In this document: positions 18,740-30,347 of the stretch, piece by piece
Layout of the letters: every line of letters begins with the position of its first letter
Position numbering within the stretch: position 1 is the stretch's first letter
NCBI GenBank assembly: GCA_038245905.1
Contig: JBBRRY010000009.1
Span: 1-64,000 of the forward strand
Direction: 5' to 3'
DNA: 64,000 nt
Origin: Thermoanaerobaculia bacterium
GTDB lineage: Bacteria > Acidobacteriota > Thermoanaerobaculia > UBA5066
The notes under the pieces: model-generated
The model's input: the letters and a program-made list of their open reading frames with translations, nothing else
What the model was told of the DNA's origin: nothing
Databases searched by the model: none
Program-made: the position numbers and the translations under genes

Positions 18740-19075
18740 TCAGACGAGCCGGAAGTGCTCTTTCACGGCGCGCGAACGGAAGGCGAGGAGCGAGAGCGCT
18801 GTCGCGAGTGCGACGCCCGCGAGAATGAGCGTCATGCGGAGATGGGGCGCGCCGGCCGCGCGGCGCTCGGCCGCGAGAAGCGCCAGCGTCCGAACCCACT
18901 CTAAGACACCGAGAACGAGAGTGCCCGCCACGGCCCGCGCCGCCCACGGACGCCGCACGAAGAGGAGTACGCCCACAGCGAGCGCCGCGGCGACGAGCGC
19001 GAGGTGCCCCGCGCGCAGGAAGTGCGCGGCCAGGGTGAGGAGGGCGAGAACCGCCGGGAGGAGGCGCAGGGCCAC
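18740..19075 (-). CDS. small four-helix membrane protein
   Basis: Probable GTG at 19075 after GAGG; hydrophobic segments (LAAHFLR, EWVRT); directly follows the PIN toxin gene. Confidence 0.7.
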   Translation of the reverse strand: MALRLLPAVLALLTLAAHFLRAGHLALVAAALAVGVLLFVRRPWAARAVAGTLVLGVLEWVRTLALLAAERRAAGAPHLRMTLILAGVALATALSLLAFRSRAVKEHFRLV

Positions 19076-19082
19076 GTCCGCC

Positions 19083-19487
19083 TCACCAGACCGTCTTGAC
19101 GATTCCGGAACGGCCGATGTCGGCATCGCGGGTCAGCAGCGGCAGCTCGAGGTGCCGTGCGGCGGCACAGATCAGAGCATCGAACGGATCCGAGCTCGGA
19201 CGGAGCTCGTGAGCCAGGAAGATCTGCGCGGGCGTCAGCTCCAGCGGCTGATACGCGGGATTGCTGAAGAGATCTTCGAAGAACCCGCGAAACGAGGGCC
19301 GGAGAGCGACGCGTCCGATACGGACGAGGATGCTGCTTTCCCAGAGAACGGCTGCGGGAACGTAGGTGAGCGCCTCGCGGCTCTCGCAGGCGGCAAAATG
19401 AGCGGCTGCCCTCCGGCTCAGGCGCCGGTCCCGGCCCGCGTAATAAAGAAGTGCGTGCGTATCCGTCACGAGCGCCGAGTCAGGCAC
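19083..19487 (-). CDS. vapC: PIN-domain toxin (VapC family)
   Basis: VTDTHALL, VLWE, DPFDALICAAA, LLTRD; GTG at 19487 lies 1 nt after the antitoxin stop. Confidence 0.9.
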   Translation of the reverse strand: MPDSALVTDTHALLYYAGRDRRLSRRAAAHFAACESREALTYVPAAVLWESSILVRIGRVALRPSFRGFFEDLFSNPAYQPLELTPAQIFLAHELRPSSDPFDALICAAARHLELPLLTRDADIGRSGIVKTVW

Positions 19488-19488
19488 G

Positions 19489-19803
19489 TCAGCGGGTCCG
19501 GGGGCGACCGTCGCGACCGGAACGGCCGCCTCGCGGAAGAGCGCGGGCGCTCTTCTCAATCGAGGTCGAGAAGAGAGCGCGGACGGCTTCGTCGGCTGTC
19601 GTCAAGCCGCCCTTCGATTCGTTGATGCGGACGCTTCCCACGACCGAGCGGATTGCGGACGGGGCAGTCCCACCGGAGCGCGCCTCGGCGACGAGCCGGT
19701 TGAGGGTCTCGCTGACGCTTCGTCGGCCCGTAGCACGCGTCCGGCCGCGAAGCCAGAGGATGTTCTCGGGGTCGAGCGTGACGGAGAGAGGTCGCTTGTT
19801 AAT
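19489..19803 (-). CDS. putative ribbon-helix-helix antitoxin with non-canonical ATT start (absent from the ORF track)
   Basis: Hand translation gives (ATT)NKRPLSVTLDPENILWLRGRTRATGRRSVSETLNRLVAEAR...; 104 aa; stop abuts vapC; TATAAT lies 6 nt upstream. Confidence 0.75.
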   Translation of the reverse strand: MNKRPLSVTLDPENILWLRGRTRATGRRSVSETLNRLVAEARSGGTAPSAIRSVVGSVRINESKGGLTTADEAVRALFSTSIEKSARALPRGGRSGRDGRPRTR

Positions 19804-19818
19804 ACGAGAATTATACGA
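19802..19818 (-). promoter_or_regulatory. -10 box TATAAT with flanking ATACGA direct repeats (probable TA operator)
   Basis: Minus-strand TATAAT at 19815-19810; ATACGA at 19802 and 19813 (11-bp period). Confidence 0.65.
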
Positions 19819-19824
19819 TAAACG

Positions 19825-20424
19825 TTAGGCCGCGCCATGCACGGCGATCTCCCGCCGGGGCTGGGACGTGATGGCCCTTTCTTCGATCCGGACCATCTCC
19901 TCGAGCCGCGCGGCGGTCGCCGCCTCGCCCGCATGGGCGATCGCGAGGTCGAGGTAGATCGGGCCGTGCCGGGCCTCGGCTTCGGCGAGCTCGACGTAGA
20001 TCTTCGAGAGGCGCGCATCCGCCACGTGGCCGAGGAGGCGCTCGAACCGCTCGTGGCTGCGCGCTTCGATGAGCGCGGCCACGAGGAGGAGGTCGAGGCC
20101 CTTCTCGGGCTCCCGATCTCTCCGACACGCCGCGCGAAGCTCGGCGACGTAGTCGTTGCGCCGGGTCGTCTTCATCGGCGCTCCGAGGCGACGCGCCTCG
20201 CGCGAGACCTTGCGAAAGTGGCGCAGCTCCTCGGCCGCGAGCGCGGAGAGCCGGTCGACAAGCGGCGCGTTCCGTGGGTACGTGCCAACGAGCGACAGGG
20301 CATGGACCGAAGCCTGCAGCTCGCAGACGGCGTGATCCGCCACGAAGGCCGGGAGGTTCTCCTTCGACATGACGTGCGCCGCCCACGAGTCGGGCGTCCG
20401 GGAGCGAAGGCCGAGGAGCATCAC
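19825..20424 (-). CDS. miaE: tRNA-(ms2io6A)-hydroxylase, ferritin-like
   Basis: DHAVCE, EELRHF, LLVAALIEARSHERF, EARH. Confidence 0.88.
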   Translation of the reverse strand: MMLLGLRSRTPDSWAAHVMSKENLPAFVADHAVCELQASVHALSLVGTYPRNAPLVDRLSALAAEELRHFRKVSREARRLGAPMKTTRRNDYVAELRAACRRDREPEKGLDLLLVAALIEARSHERFERLLGHVADARLSKIYVELAEAEARHGPIYLDLAIAHAGEAATAARLEEMVRIEERAITSQPRREIAVHGAA

Positions 20425-21488
20425 AACGCGGGCGCGGCGGCGGACTCTTCGGGGGATCGGGGAAGCGAGGACTCGGATGGTGACCGCATGGGAAGAGCCG
20501 GCGACACGGACTCCTTCGACCGTCTGAGGTACAGAGATGCCGCGCCGAGGTGCCCGACCCGCGTGACGATCCGAAGGAGGACGACGAGCTGCTGGCCGGC
20601 GAGGATCAGCGCGAAATCGGCGATCTCACCGCCGTTCCAGACTCTGCCGAAATATGCCCAGACGAGGAGAGGAAGGACGCCGAGAAAGCCGAAGAAGACC
20701 TCCATCACGAGCGTGCGCACCGGCCGGCCGAGGACGAATCCGAAGCCGCTCATGAAGGCCGCGAAGGGGTTCGTGACGCCCTGTCCCATCGCCGCGCGGG
20801 CGTATGTGACGACGAGCCGGAGATAACCCGCGACGAGAAGGAACGCCCCGAGGCGCAGGAGGAGGAGCCCCGTCGCTTCCCACTCGTATCGCAGCTCGTC
20901 CGGCTCGTACAGCGTGCCCGGCGCGGCGTAGACCCAGCGATACGCCGCGAGGATCCCCGCGAGAGACAGAGCGCCGAAGAGGAGCGACGGGACCGCGAAT
21001 CGCGCGGCGTCCGCTCCGAACGCGGCGAGGCTCGACCGGTCGCGCTCGGCGCCGAATCGCCCGGCGAATCCGCCAGAGAAGAGGGCCGCGAGGAGGGCCG
21101 CGAGCGCCGCATAAGCGACCGCGGAGCCCGAGAGGCCGGTCGTGCCGAAGAAGCCCGAAAGCGGCGCCGCCTTCCCGGACGGGCTGGGTTCGCTTCGCTC
21201 GCGACTCTCGCCGGTGAGGGCTTCGTCCCATTTCTCGAAGTCGCCGAGGACGTCGGGCCGAGTGCGCGTGAACGCCGTGAAAAAGGTGTGGAGGTCCGCG
21301 CCACCCGCGCCGAGCCGCTCCGCCCACGGGCTCTTGGCGAGCTCCTGGTGGAGCGCGGACGCCAGCGGATGCAGGAAGGCGGCCGCGAGCACCGCGTTCA
21401 GGACGAGGAAGAGCAGGATCGCCTTCCAGGTTTCGAGCGCCGAAACGAGGCCGCGGCCCACGAGGGCGACGATCGAATCGCGCCTCAC
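20421..21488 (-). CDS. hypothetical multi-pass membrane protein
   Basis: GTGA overlap with the M1 peptidase stop; several TM segments; its stop overlaps the miaE start. Confidence 0.75.
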   Translation of the reverse strand: MRRDSIVALVGRGLVSALETWKAILLFLVLNAVLAAAFLHPLASALHQELAKSPWAERLGAGGADLHTFFTAFTRTRPDVLGDFEKWDEALTGESRERSEPSPSGKAAPLSGFFGTTGLSGSAVAYAALAALLAALFSGGFAGRFGAERDRSSLAAFGADAARFAVPSLLFGALSLAGILAAYRWVYAAPGTLYEPDELRYEWEATGLLLLRLGAFLLVAGYLRLVVTYARAAMGQGVTNPFAAFMSGFGFVLGRPVRTLVMEVFFGFLGVLPLLVWAYFGRVWNGGEIADFALILAGQQLVVLLRIVTRVGHLGAASLYLRRSKESVSPALPMRSPSESSLPRSPEESAAAPAL

Positions 21489-23488
21489 GACAGCCCCGCG
21501 AGACCGAGGAGAGCGAAGAACTCGAGGGCGTTTTGCGCCCAGAAGCGGAGGCGCGCGGCCCAGCGGCGTGACGCCGCGGGCGCCTCGCCGGTCAGGCGTC
21601 CGTTGTTGAGCGGGTTCGCGTCGAGGAGACACTTGCGGTCCGGATCCACGTCGACCGCGAGAAGCTTCGGCCCCGTGATGCGGTAGCGTATCCAGCGCGA
21701 GTCCGGGATCCACGGACGGCGCACCCGGGCGCCTCCCTCGAAGCGAAGCTCGACTTCGACCGGCCACGTCGCCTCACCGAGCTGCTGCACGACGGCCAGA
21801 GATTCCCATCCGCCCGCCTCGTCCTTCGGCGTCGCGAGGGCGCGGGCCTCGCCCTCGCCCTCATATCCGCTTCGTCCGCGAGAGCGGCGCGTGGAGGCCG
21901 ACGTGACGGCGTAGTCGACGGGGCCGGCCACGCTCCAGATTCCGGCGACGGCGTTCGCGGGCCCATCGCCCGCGACCTCGCGGACCACCGCGACGAAGTC
22001 GGCCGACGTGGGGTGCTTGAACGCCCAGCGGGTCGCGTACGTCTTCATGACCCTCGCCCATCTCTCCGCGCCGAACGTGCGTTCGGCGGAGGCCAGGAGG
22101 AGACCCGTCCGGTTGTATGCGTTCACGCGAACGGCGCCGCCGTCGAGCTGGCGGAAGCTCGGCACGTCGGTCGCGTCCGACCGCGAGGCCTGCGTCCAGC
22201 GGTGTGCGCGCTCGTTCGTGGCCTCGGGATACGGGAGGACGACGGACGGGAACACGACGGGGATCCCGAAGAACCGGACGACGAGCGACGGATCGCCGAA
22301 GGCCGACTTCAGGGTGCGGAGCGTCGCGTAGGTGTTGAAACCCTCGTCGAGGTGCGCCTCCTCGAACTCGTTGGAAGCGAGCATCCCGTAGAACACCTGA
22401 TGCCCGAACTCGTGGACCGTCACGCTCTCGGGAGAATGCGCGGTCGCGGGCGCGAGCTCGCGGGCGCCGCCGACGAAGAGCGTCGGGTATTCCATGCCCT
22501 CGGTGTGGCTGCCCCATGGAGGGTCGACGACGGTGATGACGGGGTACGGATAGGGCAGATAGAGCCTGCCGTATTCCGCGAGCCCCGCCTTCACGGCCTT
22601 GAGGTACCGGTCCCGGACCGGCCGGTGGTCGGGCTGCAGGAGAAGCACGATGTCGACGTTCGGAAGGCCGTTCGCGCTGAACGTGTCGCGCACGACCTCG
22701 AAGCGCGGGCAGAATGTGAACGCGAAGTCGTGGACGTCCTCGGCGGCGAAGTGGACGCGCACGAGATTGCCCGGGAAGTCGACCTCGTCTTTGAGGACGC
22801 CCGTTCCGCCGACGTGCCCCTTGTTCGCGGCGGGCACGGCGAGCGTGACGTCATAGTCGCCGAAGTCGGCGAAGAATTCGGTCGCGGCATGAAACTGGTG
22901 CGCGTTCCAGCCCTGGTCGGTCGCGACCCCGAGCTTCGGGAACCACTGCGCGCCGAGCAGATAATCGTCCTTCCAGCCGGTGCGCGCGACCGCGCGGGGA
23001 AACTTGCCCTCCCAGTCGACGTGGAAGACGAGCGTCTCGCCGGGCGTGACGGGCCTCGGCAGGACGACGGAAACGAGCGTCCGGTCGTCCGGATTCCCGT
23101 CGTCCGGGGAGACGTACTTCAGTGAGGACGTCAGGTCGGTGCCGTCCTCGAGGCTGATGCGGTGGATCTCCGTGAACCCCCAGCGGCTCGCGTCCTTCGC
23201 GCGCATGCCACGGTCGTTCCGCCCGGCGCCGCGCGCCTGCTCGATGAGCCACGTCGAGCGATCGTTCTTCCAGGCGTTCAGGTAGAGGTGGAGCCTGAGG
23301 TCGTCGAACGAAAAACGCGTGCGGTTCGTGAACCGCACCGTTTCCTTCCCGGTGATGCCGTGCTCCGCGGTCACATGCGCCTCGATCGTGTAGGACGCGA
23401 CGGCCGGGACGCGCGGACCGGCGTCGAGACGCGCCGCGGCGAGGAGTACGACAAGAGCGGCCGGCCGTGCGGCGAGCAGACGAATCAC
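21485..23488 (-). CDS. M1 family metallopeptidase
   Basis: GMEYP, HEFGH...LDEGFNTY; signal peptide from GTG 23488. Confidence 0.92.
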   Translation of the reverse strand: MIRLLAARPAALVVLLAAARLDAGPRVPAVASYTIEAHVTAEHGITGKETVRFTNRTRFSFDDLRLHLYLNAWKNDRSTWLIEQARGAGRNDRGMRAKDASRWGFTEIHRISLEDGTDLTSSLKYVSPDDGNPDDRTLVSVVLPRPVTPGETLVFHVDWEGKFPRAVARTGWKDDYLLGAQWFPKLGVATDQGWNAHQFHAATEFFADFGDYDVTLAVPAANKGHVGGTGVLKDEVDFPGNLVRVHFAAEDVHDFAFTFCPRFEVVRDTFSANGLPNVDIVLLLQPDHRPVRDRYLKAVKAGLAEYGRLYLPYPYPVITVVDPPWGSHTEGMEYPTLFVGGARELAPATAHSPESVTVHEFGHQVFYGMLASNEFEEAHLDEGFNTYATLRTLKSAFGDPSLVVRFFGIPVVFPSVVLPYPEATNERAHRWTQASRSDATDVPSFRQLDGGAVRVNAYNRTGLLLASAERTFGAERWARVMKTYATRWAFKHPTSADFVAVVREVAGDGPANAVAGIWSVAGPVDYAVTSASTRRSRGRSGYEGEGEARALATPKDEAGGWESLAVVQQLGEATWPVEVELRFEGGARVRRPWIPDSRWIRYRITGPKLLAVDVDPDRKCLLDANPLNNGRLTGEAPAASRRWAARLRFWAQNALEFFALLGLAGLS

Positions 23489-23503
23489 GATCGGGGATGC
23501 TAG

Positions 23504-25591
<2,088 letters not shown>

Positions 25592-25596
25592 GCGCG

Positions 25597-27129
25597 ATGC
25601 CACCGCTCATCCTCGTCGTCGACGACGACGCGGGCAGCCGGAGAGCCATGGCCCTGACCCTTCAGACCGATGGCCGCCGCGTGGAGGAGTTCGCCGAGGC
25701 GGACGCCGCGCTCGAACGGGCGATCGAGGACCCCTCGGTGGCCCTCGTCGTGACCGACCTCAAGATGCCCGGGAAGAGCGGTCTCGACCTCGCGGCGGAC
25801 CTCGCCGCGGCGCGGCCCGACGTCTCGGTCCTCCTCGTCACGGCGCACGGCGACGTCGAGACGTTGCTGTCGGCGCGCACGCTCGGGACCGTCGACTACG
25901 TCGCGAAGCCGCTCGCAAAAGACGACCTCCGTCTCCGGGCCGAGGCGGCGCTGCGGCGTTCCCGTCAGGCCGGCGAGATCAAGGACCTCCGCGAGCGGCT
26001 GGACAAGCGCTTCGGCTTCGAGGCGATCCTCGGGATCTCGAAGCCCATGGAGGAGCTTTTCGCACGTCTCCGCGTCGTCGCGCCCGCGAAGACGACGGTC
26101 CTCGTCGTCGGCGAGTCGGGTACGGGCAAGGAGCTCGTCGCGAACGCCCTCCATCACAACTCGCCGCGAAGGGGGCGCGCGTTCGTCGCCCTGAACTGCG
26201 GAGCGATCCCACGCGAGATCATCGAGTCCGAGCTCTTCGGGCACGAGCGCGGGGCCTTTACGGGCGCGCTCGTGAAGCGCGTCGGGCGCATCGAGCAGGC
26301 CCATGGCGGCACGCTGTTCCTCGACGAGGTCTCCGAGATGCCGCCGGATCTGCAAGTCAAGTTCCTCCGGGTCCTCGAGGAAAAGCGCGTGACCCCCGTG
26401 GGCGGCAACGAGAGCCGGGAGGTGGACTTCCGGCTCGTGGCGGCCACGAACCGCGATCTTCGTGCCGAGATCGAGTCCGGCCGTTTCCGGCAGGACCTCT
26501 ACTACCGCCTGTCTGTCGTCACGATCGAGATTCCGCCGCTCCGCGAGCGGAAGGACGACATTCCGCTTCTCGTCGAACGCTTTCGCGACCTCTTCGCGAA
26601 GGAGCACGGCAAGCCCGTCGGCGGGGCGACGCCCGCCGCTCTCGCCGCCCTCGTCGGCTATGGCTGGCCGGGCAACGTGCGCGAGCTCAAGAACGTCCTC
26701 GAGAGCGCGGTTCTTTTCGCCGCGGGCACGCGCATCGACGTGAGCGACCTCCCCGCCGCCGTGCGCGGCCGCGCTGCGGCTTCACCGGCCGGAACCGGTG
26801 CGGCCGTGAAGCCTCGCTCGGGTGAGTGGTCCGCGGTCCGGCCTGTCCCCGTCGCGCTTTCAGAACCGGCCGCCACGGCTCCTGTCGCGGTCGTGGATGC
26901 GCCCGAGGAATCCGCCCCAGCGTCCGTCGCGACGCTCGTCGGCAAGACGATGGCCGAAATCGAGCGCGAGGCCATCCTCACGGCCCTGCAGGTCACGGGC
27001 GGCAACCGCCGCCGCGCTGCGGAGTCGCTCGGCATCGGCCTGCGCACTCTTCAGAGGAAGCTCAAGGAATATCACGGCGAGCCCGTGGGCGAAGACGACG
27101 AGGACCTCGGCGACGAAACGGGGCCCTGA
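25597..27129 (+). CDS. sigma-54-dependent response regulator (NtrC family)
   Basis: REC (DDD, TDLKMP, KP), GESGTGKE, ESELFGH, GAFTGA, Fis-type HTH. Confidence 0.95.
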   Translation: MPPLILVVDDDAGSRRAMALTLQTDGRRVEEFAEADAALERAIEDPSVALVVTDLKMPGKSGLDLAADLAAARPDVSVLLVTAHGDVETLLSARTLGTVDYVAKPLAKDDLRLRAEAALRRSRQAGEIKDLRERLDKRFGFEAILGISKPMEELFARLRVVAPAKTTVLVVGESGTGKELVANALHHNSPRRGRAFVALNCGAIPREIIESELFGHERGAFTGALVKRVGRIEQAHGGTLFLDEVSEMPPDLQVKFLRVLEEKRVTPVGGNESREVDFRLVAATNRDLRAEIESGRFRQDLYYRLSVVTIEIPPLRERKDDIPLLVERFRDLFAKEHGKPVGGATPAALAALVGYGWPGNVRELKNVLESAVLFAAGTRIDVSDLPAAVRGRAAASPAGTGAAVKPRSGEWSAVRPVPVALSEPAATAPVAVVDAPEESAPASVATLVGKTMAEIEREAILTALQVTGGNRRRAAESLGIGLRTLQRKLKEYHGEPVGEDDEDLGDETGP

Positions 27130-27132
27130 GGG

Positions 27133-27669
27133 TCAGCTCGACTTGAGGGCCGCGATGGCGGCCTGTCCCGCGTCGTAACTGCTCCGCATGACTCTCGAGA
27201 TCATGGTCTCGAGCTGCGCCTTCTTTTCCATCATCTGCTGCAGCAGAAGCGCGTCCTGCTTGCCCATCTCGTTGAGCGAGTCCTTGGAGTCTTTCAGGTG
27301 GTCTCGAATCACGAGCGTGCTCTCGAGATCCTTCGCGGTCTGGTAGAGGGCCATCGCCGCGAGAAGGTCCGCCTGCGCCGGAGTGAGCGTTGGAACGGCG
27401 GAGGTGAACCGCTGTCGCGCGTCCGCCGCGACCATGAACAGGTCGATCTTCGGCATCGGTCGCAGCTTGCGAGCCTCCACGTCCACCCACTCCCTCACCG
27501 CGGGCGAGGCCTTCGCGAAGAGGGCGCTCATCTTCGAGACGACGTCCGGAGACATCGGGTGAACGACCGGAGCGGGCCTGGCAGCGGCGGGCGCTGCTGC
27601 CACGGCTGACACGGCCACGAAAAAGCCGGCGCCGAGGAGGAGTGAAGGAAGGAATCTCGTCGGCGTCAT
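27133..27669 (-). CDS. secreted helical hypothetical protein
   Basis: Signal peptide; C-terminal amphipathic helix DSLNEMG...LQQMMEKKAQLETMISRVMR. Confidence 0.75.
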   Translation of the reverse strand: MTPTRFLPSLLLGAGFFVAVSAVAAAPAAARPAPVVHPMSPDVVSKMSALFAKASPAVREWVDVEARKLRPMPKIDLFMVAADARQRFTSAVPTLTPAQADLLAAMALYQTAKDLESTLVIRDHLKDSKDSLNEMGKQDALLLQQMMEKKAQLETMISRVMRSSYDAGQAAIAALKSS

Positions 27670-27777
27670 GCAGAACCTTACAGGGTCTCATCGTCCCTCT
27701 TTGCCGCCCGGGCGTGTGTGACGGGCGACACGCATCCGTTCCGGAAGTCGGTATCCTTGTCAGGACAGGAGGAGCCG

Positions 27778-27993
27778 ATGGACATCCCGATGAAGGTCTA
27801 CGTGACCTGCCCGATGGCGGAGCTCAAGCAGGTTCCCGGGATGCTCATCTCCGTCTCGCCACACGGCTTTTACGAGATCAACCTGAATTACGGCTCGAAT
27901 ACCCACCTCATCCTGCTGCCGGTCGTCGCGACGACGCTGACCGCGCAGGAGCCCGTTCTCACGCCGCCGCCGAGCTTCGAGGTCGAGCGCTAG
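27778..27993 (+). CDS. small hypothetical protein (71 aa)
   Basis: GGAGGAG ribosome-binding site before ATG 27778, TATCCT upstream, typical codon usage. Confidence 0.75.
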   Translation: MDIPMKVYVTCPMAELKQVPGMLISVSPHGFYEINLNYGSNTHLILLPVVATTLTAQEPVLTPPPSFEVER

Positions 27994-27999
27994 GGAAGG

Positions 28000-30252
28000 T
28001 CATTCGGCTTCGGCCGCGACGGTTTCTTCGCTCTTCTCGAAGGCCTCGGCGCCGCGGCGCTCGAACGCGTCGACCGCCTTGAGGACCCGGCGGCGCGCAT
28101 CGTCCACGAAAGTGGTTTGCGCGTCGATCGGTGTCTCGCCCTCTGCGGGCCGGAGCCGCTCGTACGTTCCGCTTTCGTTCAGCACGCGCGCACGGACGTT
28201 GTCCTTGAGCATCGTGTCGATCACGTCGACGACCTGCTGCGCAAGCGCGAGCTCCTCCACGGGAAAGGACGTCTCCACGCGGCGGAAGAAGTTACGCGGC
28301 ATCCAGTCGGCCGAGGAGAGCCACACCTTCCGGTCGCCCCCGTTCTCGAAGACGAACGTGCGGCTGTGCTCGAGGAACCGGCCCAGAATGGACCGCACGC
28401 GGATCGTCTCCGAGACGCCCGGTACGCCGGGCTTCAGGCAGCAGATGCCGCGGACGATGAGGTCGATCGGCACGCCGGCCTGCGAGGCCTCGTAAAGGGC
28501 GGCGATGACCTTCGGGTCCACGAGGGCGTTCATCTTGGCCTTGATGCCCGAGGGGCGACCCGCGCGCGCGTGCGCCGTCTCGCGCCCGATCCATTCGAGG
28601 ACCGTGCGGTGCATGTCCTTCGGCGCGGTCACGAGGCGCGCGTAGCTCGTCCGGCCCGCGAAACCCGTCAGGGCGTTGAAGAGGCGCGTCGCGTCCTCGC
28701 CGAACTCCGGGCGGCACGTCATGAGGCCGAAATCCGTATACAGGCGCGCCGTCGACGCGTTGTAGTTGCCGGTGCCGAGGTGTACGTAGCGGCGGATCTC
28801 GTCCTTCTCGCGGCGGACGACGAGCGCGATCTTGCAGTGCGTCTTGAGGCCGACGACGCCGTAGACCACGTGGACGCCGGCCTGCTCGAGCGACTTCGCC
28901 CACTCGATGTTCTTCTCTTCGTCGAAGCGCGCCTTCAGCTCCACGAGGACCGCGACCTGCTTGCCATTCTCGGCCGCGCGGATGAGCGCGGGGAGGATGG
29001 CCGAGTCCGCGTTCGTGCGATAGAGAGTCATCTTGATCGCGACGGTCTTCGAGTCGACCGAGGCGCGCTCGATCATCTCCACGACCGGAGAGAAGGAGTC
29101 GTACGGGTGGTGAAGAAGGACGTCGCCGGCACGAATCGCGGCGAAGACCGACGTGTCGGGCTGGTTGAAGACCGCCGGCACAGCGGGCGAGAAGGGCGGA
29201 TCCTTCAGCTCCTTCCGGTCGAGCCGGGTCAGCCACATGAGGTCGCCCGCGCCGAGCGGGCCGTCCACCTCGTAGACCTCGTTCTCGGTGATCTCGAGCT
29301 GCTTCAGGAGGAGCTTCCTCACCCTCTTGGGCGCCTTCGGAGCGACTTCGAGGCGCACGACCGCACCGAACCGCCGGCGGCGCACTTCCTGCTCGATCGT
29401 CGCGAGGAGGTCGGAGGCCTCGTCCTCCTGGATCTCGATGTCGGCGTCGCGCGTCACGCGAAAGAGATGCGACGACGCGATCTCGAGGCCGGGAAAGAGC
29501 TCCCCGAGGTTTGCCTGGATGAGCGATTCGAGGAGGAGGAACTCGGCCTTGTCGGGCTTGACCTTCTTCTTGCCCTCCACGAGCTCGCGAACCGCGAGCA
29601 GGCGCGGCATGGCCTGCGGCACCTTCACGCGGGCGAATTTAGTCTCGCCGGTCTCGGGGTTCTTCACCTCGACCGCGAGGTTCAGGGAAAGGTTCGATAG
29701 AAACGGGAAAGGATGCCCCGGGTCTACCGCGAGCGGTGTGAGCACGGGCAGGACGTTCCGCCGGAAGTGGGCGCTGGCCGCCTCGCGCTGGATGTCGTTG
29801 AGGTCGCTCCAGGTGAGGATCGAGATTCCCGCCGCGGCGAGCTTCGGCAGGATGTCGCTGACGAGGCACGAGGTCTGCCGCAATTGCATTCCCTGGACGG
29901 CCGCACGGACGCGCACGAGGGCCTCCGCGGGAAGGAGGCCGTCGTCCGTCGGCTCCACGATCTCCGAGGAGAGCTGGTCGAGGAGGCCCGAGACGCGGAT
30001 CATGAAGAACTCGTCGAGGTTCGTCTCGCTGATCGCGAGGAACTTGAGGCGCTCGAGGAGCGGCCAGCGTTCGTCGTAGGCTTCCTCGAGCACGCGCTCG
30101 TTGAAGGCGAGCCAGGAGAGCTCGCGGTTCAGGAGTGGAAGCGTGGGCGCAGCTTCGGCCGAGACCGTGGCCGGCTGCGGCGCAGCCGACTCGTCCAGGA
30201 CGAGCCTCAACGGGCGTCTTTTTCTCGGTCTTTGCTCGTCTCGGCGAATCAT
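28000..30252 (-). CDS. ppk1: polyphosphate kinase 1
   Basis: NRELSWLAFNERVL, HPFPF, HHPYDSF, KTHCK, GTGNYN, GRFLEHSR. Confidence 0.98.
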   Translation of the reverse strand: MIRRDEQRPRKRRPLRLVLDESAAPQPATVSAEAAPTLPLLNRELSWLAFNERVLEEAYDERWPLLERLKFLAISETNLDEFFMIRVSGLLDQLSSEIVEPTDDGLLPAEALVRVRAAVQGMQLRQTSCLVSDILPKLAAAGISILTWSDLNDIQREAASAHFRRNVLPVLTPLAVDPGHPFPFLSNLSLNLAVEVKNPETGETKFARVKVPQAMPRLLAVRELVEGKKKVKPDKAEFLLLESLIQANLGELFPGLEIASSHLFRVTRDADIEIQEDEASDLLATIEQEVRRRRFGAVVRLEVAPKAPKRVRKLLLKQLEITENEVYEVDGPLGAGDLMWLTRLDRKELKDPPFSPAVPAVFNQPDTSVFAAIRAGDVLLHHPYDSFSPVVEMIERASVDSKTVAIKMTLYRTNADSAILPALIRAAENGKQVAVLVELKARFDEEKNIEWAKSLEQAGVHVVYGVVGLKTHCKIALVVRREKDEIRRYVHLGTGNYNASTARLYTDFGLMTCRPEFGEDATRLFNALTGFAGRTSYARLVTAPKDMHRTVLEWIGRETAHARAGRPSGIKAKMNALVDPKVIAALYEASQAGVPIDLIVRGICCLKPGVPGVSETIRVRSILGRFLEHSRTFVFENGGDRKVWLSSADWMPRNFFRRVETSFPVEELALAQQVVDVIDTMLKDNVRARVLNESGTYERLRPAEGETPIDAQTTFVDDARRRVLKAVDAFERRGAEAFEKSEETVAAEAE

Positions 30253-30347
30253 GAGGGCGTCTCGGGCGGGGAGCGAGGATACGCTTCCGGAGCGCCGCGC
30301 GCGTCAAGAGGGTCTCGTGCTCCCGTATCTCATTCCAGAAAAACGGC

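Noticed and set aside
19489-20424. Stop-codon read-through fusing miaE to the in-frame antitoxin ORF
   Set aside because: The stop is TAA, and a dedicated TATAAT box with operator repeats explains independent expression more simply
29685-29715. Purine-rich patch in ppk1 as another motif copy
   Set aside because: Weak match and it overlaps the conserved HPFPFLSN peptide; needs a PWM scan to decide
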